Shown here piece by piece: positions 52,151-63,244 of a stretch of DNA of 64,000 nucleotides. The notes beneath the pieces were generated by a model. It worked only from the letters and a program-made list of their open reading frames with translations, searched no databases and was not told the origin of the DNA. The DNA is from Octopus sinensis (Eukaryota). The position numbers and the translations under genes were made by a program. The DNA lies in assembly GCF_006345805.1 (NCBI RefSeq), contig NC_043007.1:23126001-23190000 (forward strand), written 5' to 3'. The number at the start of each line of letters is the position of its first letter. Position 1 is the first letter of the stretch.

Positions 52151-52461
52151 CACACACACACGCACGTGCACACACACCACCGCTCTGCGCAAGGGTTAAT
52201 AGACAGGACACTTGACAAACGTCACATCGCCAGTATAAATAGCTTCTCAATAGAGATGATAATAGCCAGTTTAGCTGACCAAACAGTGAGGTCACTTCAA
52301 CGAGAAACTCACTCATTACAATAGCCCTCAACTGAGTCTGAACACTCGGACTTATTGGATAAGAATCTTTAAAAAAAATAAATATAAACAAACCAAACGA
52401 ACAAGGATCAACATCATAAACAGCATCACCATCGTTATTATCAACAGCTGGTTACAAAACA

Positions 52462-52523
<62 letters not shown>

Positions 52524-52659
52524 TACACAGTTGCGTTATCTTTCTTTGGATTAGCTTCAGTCACATTACTGGCGTTGTGGACGTTTTCATTTCTATTTCT
52601 TCTTTCTTTTTCTTTTTTTTGTTGTTGTTACTTGTTGTCGGAGTTATGAAGAGAAGGAT

Positions 52660-53073
52660 ACCTATTTCTTTACTACCCACAAGGGGCTAAACACAGAGAG
52701 GACAAACAAGGACAGACAAACGAATTAAGACGAATATATCGACCCCAGTGCGTAACTGGTACTTAATTCATCGACCCCGAAAGGATGAAAGGCGAAGTCG
52801 ACCTCGGCGGAATTTGAACTCAGAACGTAACGGCAGACGAAATACCTATTTTTTTACTACCCACAAGGGGCTAAACACAGAGAGGACAAACAAGGACAGA
52901 CAAACGGATTAAGTCGGTTATATCGACCCCAGTGCGTAACTGGTACCTATTTAATCGACTCCGAAAAAGATGAAAGGCAAAGTCGACCTCGGCGGAATTT
53001 GAACTCAGAACGTAGCGGCAGACGAAATACCGCTAAGCATTTCTCCCGGCGTGCTAACGATTCTGCCAGCTCG
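52660..53073 (-). mobile_element. SINE family B, tandem dimer
   Basis: Junction gacgaaatacctattt at about 52836-52851. Confidence 0.9.
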
Positions 53074-53464
53074 ACCTGGCAATTGCGAGTGAGAGTTGAC
53101 GTCCGTTTGGAGTAACTGACAATGCCATCATAAATAGAGTAATCGCCAAATGTACAAGCACCACACATCTATACACCATCTTCGAAACCGTCACCATCGC
53201 CACACCACCACCACCACAAACAACAACAACAACAAAACTACGACCAACACCAACGTCACCATCACTTTCATCATCATCATCAGCAGCAGCGGTAGCACCG
53301 GCAGCAGAAGCAACTGTAACAAAACTACATGGACAGCATTAAATGCACTTACAGTTCACACATGCTTCAAAAATATAAAATAATTTTTTTTTTTTTTAAT
53401 GTGAAAATTATTACTTAGCAGCATTTCAACGGTAACAACATCGGATTCTACAACACCTGCTCGG

Positions 53465-53505
53465 CATCATCATCGTCATCATCGTCATCATCGTCATCAT
53501 CATCG

Positions 53506-53550
<45 letters not shown>

Positions 53551-53608
53551 ACAACAACAACAACAACAATAACAACAACAACAACAACAGCAACAACAAC
53601 AACAACTG
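53465..53608. repeat. (CAT)n/(CAA)n microsatellite
   Basis: Direct reading. Confidence 0.95.
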
Positions 53609-54822
53609 CAACGGAAGCAGATGCCACCACAGTTATATCAGTACCAATAACAAGAATAACACCAACCTCCACCAACAGTCATTATAGCATTGTGTCTAAA
53701 AACGTATTTATCAGCGAGAACACATTACCACCAACACCAACGACAAACTCAGCGGTTTCAGAGTGAAGGACTAAACCAACGGCAATGTGAAATAGCAGTG
53801 ACCGCAATGAAATTGCTACAAACCAACGACAGAGCTTCTACATGGCCACTCGACCGACCTTCTAGAAATAGCAGCGAAATCTCCATCCAGTAACTCCTGA
53901 CCGTCTGGAAAAAAGAAAAATAGACATAGTTTTTATATGTATATCACCTAAAAGGGGGCGAAAAGGGGCAGGATGATGATGTTGGTTGGAATGCTCTTGA
54001 TCCAAAGCCCGTTCGATCACATCTGATTTAGGCTAAAATAACTATAGCTGCTGTCAAATAAGATCAACTTCATCACCGGCATCGTCATCATCAGCAAAAA
54101 CAACTTCAACATTATCAGCGGCAATAATCATACAAGTAAGAAGGCGCGCTAACCAATGGGGAAAATTATTGGCTCCACTCCTTATATTCAATGAATACTA
54201 AATTACATGTGTGAAGCAAGTTTATATTTTTTTTTATGTTTGTTTTGTGCACCTGTGTTTCGTTTCCGAGGATTTTCCGAGGATTTATAATGAACTTAAT
54301 ACCAAGCCGATTCCAATTTTTGTCTGATTCTGCCAAGGTAAACAGCTTAATTTTGATTGTAATTATCTTACGTTTATTGAATTTTGCAATTTCCGTCTCC
54401 CTCCCTTTCTCTCTCTCTCCCTCTCTCTTGATCTGTTTATCGTTCTGTTAAGCAAATAGTGTGAAAATAAATTTTTATTATTAATTCATTAGTTTGGAAA
54501 AAAACAGAGATGTAACTTTAACATTCTTTGACAAGTCATAGAAGTGATAAAAGTTCACCTAACCTGGATTATCGAAGCTATCTGCTCCACTTATAATACT
54601 TCTGTTTTCTCATGCTACGTTTCAATCAGAATTGTTTGAAAACGACGTGCCAAATTGCATTGATGAATATAGCTGAAACTATCTATTTACAGTGCCTATA
54701 TATTTTCGAGAGAACTAGCTTTTACTTGAGTAGACAAACATGTCATTATCATTTGCAATATTAAGAAGACAAATATTATATTTTGGATGTTAAATATCAC
54801 TTATGGAGACCAATTTCCTGAA

Positions 54823-56034
54823 TACAATGTCATCTCATAAGTAATGTTGAAATATTGAGCAAGAAGACAAGGTCTCTAAATTTCCTATTTCATTCAAATT
54901 CATTCATGATTACAATTATTATCATGACTTCCTTCCATCGATCTGTCAGCTTCTTGATAACATTTGTGTAAAATTCTTTTGATTTGGTTAAAAAGAATGC
55001 AGAGAGAGTAGTTTCCACTTCTTCATGTGTTTTTCAGAACAAATCCATCAATACAATTTTGTAAACTTCGAAATATGTATGAATTAGTTAGAGCAAGGTC
55101 TGGTAAATAAGAAGCGTGAGTAATTTTTCTCCCAGCAGAGGTTTTTCAGTCTTTTTGTACGTGATCTTTATTGTATGGGGCATGCATTATCATGAAAGAA
55201 CACAACTCCTATGTGATTCATTAAAGTAGGCTTTTCCCCTTCAAAGCATTTGTTTAAACATTGTAACTACCGGTAGAAATGTCTGTTGCAGCTCAAAGTG
55301 GAACACGCCTGTATAGTCCCATCAAACAATCCCCAATATTTTTCTTAGACGAAGGTCTCTTTTGGATTGTAGTTTAGCCAGTTCGTCTTCAATAAATCAT
55401 TTTCTGCATTGCTTAACATTCTTATAAGCTATCCTCTTTCCATCACCAGTCACCTATCTATTTAAAAATGGTGATATGCATTCACATCAGCGTAGAGAAG
55501 TGCAGTTGTCCACTCACGCTGCACGGTTGTTTTGTGTAAAATTATGGGAGACCCATTTTCCAACTTTTGGTTACTTCCAAATCACTCCAGTTGATTGGAT
55601 TAAATTCAGCTTCTGAATCAATTCTTCAATCGTAACATTTCTATTTCGATTGGGTTCTGATAAAAAAAAAGTAAGCTAAGCAAGACGGCATGCTCGGATA
55701 GCATCATTTAATATGGAATCACCCTTCTTTCTACAGTTTCTTTCGTTTAAGCAATACTTTCTATAAGCACCATGAACATCTCGGTTTACTCCTGCTGCAT
55801 TATTTCTTTTTTCTGAACTCCTAAAGCATGATATGTCTTCAATACACTGTGGACAGTCCTTAAGAAGGACAAAACAGTTTCTGAATTGGCTAAGACATAT
55901 TGCAACAACATAAATTATTGTTTGATAACTACACAATTTTACGATATGTACTGTTGTTATTTTAAAATAGGTATTTTAAAATAATAACAAAGTTATCCAA
56001 AGCTATCAGATATTATTTATGGAATGACCTGATA
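54823..56034 (-). pseudogene. Decayed, near full-length mariner transposon
   Basis: Minus translation RHIML*EFRK..NNAA...CLNERNCR, PFLNR*VTGDGKRIAY, FHDNACP; TIR-like ends tatcaggtcattccataaataat / tacaatgtcatctcataagtaat; about 1.2 kb. Confidence 0.88.
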
Positions 56035-56629
56035 AATCATCTTTCTTTTTTCAAGGTGTTTTAAGTTTGCTGATATAAAATGGCAAAATACTCTGCAATT
56101 TAATTGAAAAAGTTTGGTTTATGCACTCGTAACCCAGGAACTCACAAAACACCTTACATCATTTCATCGTTCGAAAGCCGCAACGGTGTCTTTTCTTTTT
56201 ATAGCTTCATCTTGCAGATCGAAATTGAGAAACTGCGGAACTACAATGGCTTAGTTACTGAAATGAAATTATTGTGAAATACAAGAATTGTCTACCATTC
56301 CATTTTTAACTGCTTCCAACATCGGAGTCTGTATGTAATCGTTCCTGTTAGACACAGCTGCCAAATCTGTCTGAAATCATATTCTAGTATTTTAAATTAT
56401 GACATTTTGGACAATCTAAACAGTAAAATCCGAGAAAAGTAATAGTGAACGTAGTGGATACGTAGTTTATAAGTGTACTCTTTCGTCATAACTTTCTCTC
56501 ACTCTTTTTTCTATTGGCGTCACTTGAAGGCTAAAACAATGCAAAGCGCATTGTGACCAGCGATGTGTAGCAACATCTGATAGCCTGGTCGGTCACGGTG
56601 ATCACGGTGATATATATATATATGGTAAG

Positions 56630-57080
56630 TATACTTCACGATGTCGTGCAGCTACTGTTTATACCTCACTCAGAGATTTATTATTGCCTGTTTACACCTT
56701 TTCGATATCAGTGACTTTTCGTCACTGGAAAAAGGATATATGTTTGCAGAGGGAGGCCTACTTTTCATCGACAACCGCTGATTGTCACACGCCGATGACG
56801 GGTCAATATCCAGAAACTCGAGTCCGTGTGTATCATTGATTGAAAACGGGAAGGATGACTCCCCTTTGCAAATACTGATAGAGCACAGAAAGTGTGTCAA
56901 TAGCCAGCTGGAGGAGATGTCCTCCTGGGGCTACAAGCTACAGTAGCATCCACCCTTAGGGGTTAGCCAGATTTAAGTGGAAAATATACATCACGATGTC
57001 GTGCAGCTACTGTTTATGCCTCGCTCTGAGATTTATTATTGCTTGTTTACACCTTTTCGATATCAGTGGCTTTTCGCCAC
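56630..57080 (+). mobile_element. Retrozyme-like unit: 355-bp period, 96-bp direct repeats, one HHR
   Basis: 56630-56725 repeated at 56985-57080; HHR at 56786-56830; right end interrupted by a SINE B. Confidence 0.72.
56786..56830 (+). ncRNA. Type-I hammerhead ribozyme with a U4 to C change
   Basis: CACACG-CCGATGA-CGGGT-CAAT-ATCCA-GAA-ACTCGAGT-C-CGTGTG; 6-bp stem I, palindromic stem III, GUC triplet. Confidence 0.8.
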
Positions 57081-57281
57081 GCCGGGCGAAATGCGTAGCC
57101 GTATTTCGTCTGCCGTTACGTTCTGAGTTCAAATTCCGCCAAGGTCGACTTTGCCTTTCATCCTTTCGGGGTCGATAAATTAAGTACCAGTTACGCACTG
57201 GGGTCGATGTAATCGACTTAATTCGTTTGTCTGTCCTTGTTTGTCCCCTCTGTGTTTAGCCCCTTGTGGGTAATAAAGAAA
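57078..57281 (+). mobile_element. SINE family B, 5'-truncated
   Basis: cacgccgggcgaaatgc...gggtaataaagaaa. Confidence 0.9.
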
Positions 57282-57282
57282 C

Positions 57283-57326
<44 letters not shown>

Positions 57327-57343
57327 ATATATATATAGTGAAA

Positions 57344-57420
<77 letters not shown>

Positions 57421-58630
57421 TTGTATGTATGTATGAAGCAACAACAATAGGTGTACCCCATATAGACCACATCACAGCTAGATTTCTTTCACTATATAAT
57501 CTCATCTTTAACGTTCTGAGTCCATTTTCTACCGGGATTGATTTTGCATTCAGTCCTTCTACTGTCGATAAAATCAATAATAAAGCAAGAATACGATTCA
57601 ATTCCATCAATTACAAACATCTAAAATTTATAGTAAAGCACCAGCTTAAGGAATTCTTCTCTGCCGCCTTCTCCCGTTCTTCATCCACCTTCCCCTTTTT
57701 CTCCTCATCCTCCTCCTCATCATCATCATCATGACCTTCATGTGGTGCATGGCATAATCGGGAAACCGTTAGTGAAAATGTATTGCTAGACATATTTACG
57801 TATCTAGGCTTATCGACTTCAAATCCTTAGAATTTTTAAAAAGTACAAGTAATGTACGGGGCTCAGTTTAGTCGACTGTTACCTTTTCAGACTTATGGCA
57901 TTGAGCCTATAATAGAGATTTTTCTTCTTCTTGTTTGCCTCCCCATGACGTGCTTCGAGTTGCTCGCGTGATTTCATGCTAAGTTGAACAGATTATCTTA
58001 ACGTGAACTCTGTTTTGAAATATAAGCTCTTATTACTGGCATTTTTATTTTTCGTATGAAGAAAGGAAAATAAAGAATTAATTCACCTAAAAAATGTCTT
58101 TCTGCCATAAGTCAGTTTAGAAATGGTAACATTACACGCCCCCAAAATTACGCCAAGGTAAATACAGAAACAAAAGACATATAAATAACATAGATTTGTA
58201 CTTTTAAAATGCACAAGAATAATAAATATTTTCACCAGCAAATGTCTATCGCAATATAACAGGTACAAACATCAGCCAAAATCCTGACAGTAAAAACAAC
58301 AATTTCTTTTGCATCCATTACTTTAAAAGCAACAAGGAAATGATAATGCAGTTTTCCGTCTCAAAAGGTCTTGTGGCAGAACTGTGTTACCACAGATCTT
58401 GCATCCGTACCTGAAAAACTAATTCAAGAGAAAACGAAGGAAAATGCTTATGCATGTCTACTTCATGAAAGGCACAACGGGGGAGCTTTCTCCATGTTCC
58501 CGAGAAATCAACCACAGGGTTAAGAAAAAATCAGAATTACTAACAGAAAAGTATGCTTTTAAAATAAATGATCTTTTACACACCTTTCTTTAACTCACTC
58601 TGTTACCCTAGTGAAAGTTTATATATAGAT

Positions 58631-58705
<75 letters not shown>

Positions 58706-58723
58706 GTGTGTGTGTGTGTGTGT

Positions 58724-58768
<45 letters not shown>

Positions 58769-59682
58769 ATGTGCGTGTGTGTGTGTATGTATATATATAT
58801 ACACATATATATTATATATTATACATAATGTGTGTGTGTGTGTATATATATACATATATATATATCTATATTATCTATATTTAATGATATTATCTATATA
58901 TGTAATGATGAGAATGTGTGTCTACCTGTCTGTCTGTGTGAATCCCTAAACCTCGAGAACTACACAATCGATTTCATTCAAATTTCACGCGTCGTATTTA
59001 GGGGCCATGCAGTGTCATGGGCGGGAAAATTTTCAACTTCTTGCCTAATGCAAGCCCAGAGTAATCTCTTATCTCTTACTCTATTTTAGTATTATGTGCC
59101 AAAAGTGAAACAAGAACATCTCCCTGTTGTAATGTGAGATACTTTCAGTTTAACAGTTTTCGCTATTAATACTGAAACTATTAAAGTGAAACTTATCTCA
59201 TATACATCTCACATGTATTATATTATATTATAGTATATTATTTTATATTATATTATGGTATGTACCCACTCTTGTATGGATGTACCTCCTCTGATATTCA
59301 TATTTAGTTTGTACTTTATAATCTCTGATTGGGATATTTTTGTAAGTATCACATTTATAACCACGTATTAACTGATCAAACTTGGCTAATATGAGAATAA
59401 TGAGATACCCATATCTGCATGGCTGAAACAGCTGTAGTAGTTTATATTTATATTTATATTTATTTATATTCACTTATACATATTGTACTTATTGTATCAT
59501 ATTACTCATTGATGTGCATTGTTTTGTTCTATACTATTATGTTTGACCTTGATGTTCATTTGTAGTGGGTTAATAAATTATGTGATTGGGTATTATCTGG
59601 TAGTTGATTATTGATTAAGGTGTATTTCTCCATTTTCTTATTTTGTATGTATATATATATATATATATATATATGTATTACT

Positions 59683-59971
59683 AATAAGAAAATGGAGAAA
59701 CAATTTAGTTGGTTTATCAGCTTTCGGATATTAGAATGTTGACTTATTTATTTAACAAAACGAGAACCATAATAACATACATATATACATTAAAATTCAA
59801 TACTTATAAGATAAGAATACAATTAAAAAAACCTTATTCTTATCTTATATGTATTGAATTTTATTGTATATATGTATGTTATCATGGATCTTGTTTTGTT
59901 AAATAAATAAGTCAATATTCTAATATCCTAAAGCTGATAAACCAACTAAATTCTTTCTCCATTTTCTTATT
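59683..59971. repeat. Fold-back palindrome, arms of about 135 bp
   Basis: aataagaaaatggagaaa.aatttagttggtttatcagcttt versus aaagctgataaaccaactaaatt.tttctccattttcttatt; centre near 59826. Confidence 0.92.
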
Positions 59972-60128
59972 TGTATTATAAATTAATGGTAAAATATTTC
60001 TTTACCTTCACCCATTTAATACAATAAGTAAGTTATGTGTATTAATAATTTGCGTATTATACCAACAGTATATTGGATAAGTATTATCCCTTAGTGGGCT
60101 GGATCCACAACCCCTAACTTACTTGGTG

Positions 60129-60178
<50 letters not shown>

Positions 60179-60388
60179 TGAAATAGAAAGATGAATATCT
60201 TGTTGCAGATTAATCAAAAGTTTAACCGATACCTTGGTAGCAAAAATCACAGCAGAAGACAGCACGGTTGGAGGTACAACCATATGGTGTTGCAACCGTG
60301 CGTTGGTGCGGATAATTGAATTTTAATATTATTAGTGAATTGAAGAAATGGAGTTGAACGAAGATTGAACAGAAATCGTTTTATTGCA

Positions 60389-60468
60389 TTCTACACGTGT
60401 TTCGAAAGGCACAATTTACCAAATTCCGATTGAATAAGGAGACCATATTGTGTCTTTCTCTTCAGGAA
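60389..60468 (-). ncRNA. Type-I hammerhead ribozyme (mirror copy)
   Basis: Reverse complement of 60641-60720. Confidence 0.8.
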
Positions 60469-60640
60469 GAAATAGGAACTCCGTTGGAAAAAACAAAAAC
60501 AGAACAGAGGCGGAGCAAAACAAATCGAACGAGGCTCCTAAGAGCCCATGAGTTTGGCCATGGGCTCTTAGGAGCCTCGTTCGATTTGTTTTGCTCCGCC
60601 TCTGTTCTGTTTTTGTTTTTTCCAACGGAGTTCCTATTTC

Positions 60641-60720
60641 TTCCTGAAGAGAAAGACACAATATGGTCTCCTTATTCAATCGGAATTTGGTAAATTGTGC
60701 CTTTCGAAACACGTGTAGAA
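60641..60720 (+). ncRNA. Type-I hammerhead ribozyme with an extended stem II
   Basis: TTC-CTGAAGA-GAAAGACACAAT-(31 nt)-ATTGTGCCTTTC-GAA-ACACGTGT-A-GAA; 11 of 12 bp in stem II, palindromic stem III, GUA triplet. Confidence 0.8.
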
Positions 60721-60942
60721 TGCAATAAAACGATTTCTGTTCAATCTTCGTTCAACTCCATTTCTTCAATTCACTAATAATATATATATATATATATTTA
60801 GATTAGATAGATAGATGTATAAATGTATATATAGATTTACATGTTTATATATGTATATATATGTATATATATAGATGTATGTGTAATATGTACACATACA
60901 TATACACACGTATATATGCATACATATATCTTTACACATATA

Positions 60943-61331
60943 CTAGCAGTATCACTCGGCGTTGCTCGGGTTTGTTTCGACCCTTTAGAATTGGAATTTT
61001 TGAAAAGTAAAAATTTTGCATTATGTAGCTTGTTATTCTCTTTAAGTGAACATTTTTCTGGTTGAAATACACCGAAAACTGGCGACACAGCAGTCAAAAA
61101 ATCGTAAAAAATAGGGATTTTCATAGAAAAAAGCAACTTTTTTATGTAAATAATTTTTGGTGTTAACATGGTCCGATTTGAATATTTTCCTCTACGGAAG
61201 GAAGAGCAAACCTTCTTCTATCATACTCTCAATTTTGGTCAACTTGCGCCGCAAGGTCTCGGAGGAGATATTATTAGTTGAAGGCTACCAAACCCGCCAC
61301 ACACAGACAACTTCAGCTTTATATATATAGA
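60943..61331 (-). mobile_element. Non-autonomous Helitron with the same termini as the 4176/24754 copies but a different interior
   Basis: Minus strand reads TCTATATATATAAAGCTGAAGTTGT...AAACCCGAGCAACGCCGAGTGATACTGCTAG. Confidence 0.78.
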
Positions 61332-61376
61332 GATATACATACATATATACATATACGTACATATATACATACATAT

Positions 61377-61409
<33 letters not shown>

Positions 61410-61410
61410 C

Positions 61411-61441
<31 letters not shown>

Positions 61442-61473
61442 GTATGTATATACATATATATACACATATATGT

Positions 61474-61695
61474 AGGTGCAAGTGTAGCTGTGTGGTAAGA
61501 AACTTGGTCCCAAAGCACATGGTCTAGAGTTCAGTTCCACTATGTGGTAACTTGGTTTTGTGAGTGGATTTGGTAGACAGAAACTGAAAGAAATCTCTCG
61601 TATATATATTTCTATATGTAAGTGTATGTGTGTGTCTTTGTGTCTGTGTTTCTTCCTCATCACTGCTTGACAACTGGTGTTGGTTCATTTACGAG
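61474..61695 (+). mobile_element. SINE family A, partial and diverged
   Basis: gtagctgtgtggtaag...gtggatttggtagac..aactgaaagaa...cttgacaactggtg. Confidence 0.75.
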
Positions 61696-61705
61696 CATTA
61701 CTTTA

Positions 61706-61745
<40 letters not shown>

Positions 61746-61764
61746 AGAGAGAGAGAGAGAGAGA

Positions 61765-61968
61765 GTTAATCCCAACACGAAAACACAAAGAGAAAACACA
61801 ACAACGCGCGAGGACGTGAAACAAGTATAGTATTATTGGACGCTCAAGAAAGAAGGAAAGAAGGAGGGTTTAACGTTTCGAGCAGAGCTCTTCGTCAGAA
61901 ACATAGGAAAAGAGAAGATCCAAAGAAGGGAAGACTGAGGGGGAAAAATCGCCAACGGTACACACGCG
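61765..61968 (-). mobile_element. HHR-bearing module, family H2
   Basis: Near-identical to 22672-22872 with the same endpoints; abuts (TA)n(GA)n. Confidence 0.8.
61868..61902 (-). ncRNA. Minimal hammerhead ribozyme, canonical core
   Basis: Minus strand reads GTTT-CTGACGA-A-GAGC-TCT-GCTC-GAA-ACGT-T-AAAC. Confidence 0.8.
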
Positions 61969-62196
61969 AGTCTTTGTGAAAATTGCTTTGATGCAGTTTT
62001 GCAAAGTATAAAAAATATATTTTGAAAAAAATAATTTCCCCCATCCCACCTAAAAAAAAGGTTGTAAATTCTTTATCAGAACGCCATTAACCTTTTGGGA
62101 GAAGCTTCTTTCTAGTGTGTGTGAGTGCTTTCGATATATATATATACATATATATATTACATATATATATATTATATATATATATATATACTATAT

Positions 62197-62238
<42 letters not shown>

Positions 62239-62310
62239 CCAACTGCTAAGTCGATATAATTATCTAGCTTCTGACTTCATTTCTGCTCAGTATCATAGAT
62301 ATTTGAAAAG

Positions 62311-62505
62311 GAGGCGAACTGGCTCAATTGTTAGCACGCCAAGCAAAATGCTCGGCTGCATTTCGTCTGTCCTTACGCTCTGAGTTCAAATTTCACCAAG
62401 CTTGACTTATCCCTTTATCCTTTCGGGTTCGCTAAAATAAGTACTTGTGCATTGGCGTCGATGTAATTGCAAAATTGCTGGCCTTGTATCAAAATTTGAA
62501 ACCAT
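62311..62505 (+). mobile_element. SINE family B, diverged
   Basis: ggcgaactggc head, gagttcaaattt B box, cctttcggg core. Confidence 0.75.
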
Positions 62506-62649
62506 TATAAATATTCCGTGTTACTAAATCGATATTTAATATGCTACTGTTATTATGAATAACAATATACTATCGTTATTGAAAATAATGTTGGGTTTAT
62601 TGCGTGCTATCTGATGGCCTACCTGCATTTTAAAGACCCATAGTATATT

Positions 62650-63244
62650 TTTTTCTACTCTAGGCACAAGGCTCGAAACTTTAGGGGGCGGGAGCCAGCC
62701 GATTAGATCGACCCCAGTACGCAACTAGTACCTAATTTATCGACCCCGAAAGGATGAAAGACAAAGTCAATCTCAGCGGAATTTGAACTCAGAACGTAAC
62801 GGCAGACCAAATACCTATTTCTTTACTACCCACAAGGGGATAAACACAGAGGGAACAAACAAGGACAGACAAACGGATTAAGTCAATTATATCGACCCTA
62901 GTACACAACTAGTACGCAACTGGTACCCAATTTATCGACCTCGAAAGGATGAAGGACAAAGTCGACCTCGGCGGAATTTGAACTCAGAACGTAACGGCTG
63001 ACCAAATACCTATTTCTTTACTACCCACACGAGGTTAAACACAGAGGGGACAAATAAGGACAGACAAACGGATTAAGTCAATTATATCGACCCTAGTACG
63101 CAACTGGTACCCAATTTATCGACCTCGAAAGGATGAAGGACAAAGTCGACCTCGGCGGAATTTGATCTCAGAACGTAAAGACAAACGATACACCGCTAAG
63201 CACTTTGCCCAGTGTGCTAACGTTTCTGCCAGCTCAACGCCTTG
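62650..63244 (-). mobile_element. SINE family B tandem trimer within a single TSD
   Basis: 15-bp TSD gacccatagtatatt at 62635-62649 and 63245-63259; two internal aaatacctatttcttta junctions. Confidence 0.9.

Larger units (their letters stand above)
60326..60783. repeat. Perfect palindrome: 225-bp arms, 8-nt loop, one HHR per arm
   Basis: Arms 60326-60550 and 60559-60783 match base for base by eye; loop agtttggc; mirror-image ORFs in the ORF track. Confidence 0.96.

Noticed and set aside
57470-57610. Signal-peptide-like ORF start MMELNRILALLLILSTVEG
   Set aside because: It is the antisense of a decayed SINE B core and runs into (TA)n
60397-60712. Pair of near-identical 98-aa ORFs on opposite strands
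   Set aside because: A by-product of the perfect palindrome; non-ATG starts and no protein features
138-62724. Large number of ORFs rich in YI, CV, HT, YVCM or LSIY repeats, and recurring peptides such as RRHLPKVPRSGTEPGTMW and YRPRKDERQSRPR
   Set aside because: They are translations of microsatellites and of SINE families A and B, not genes
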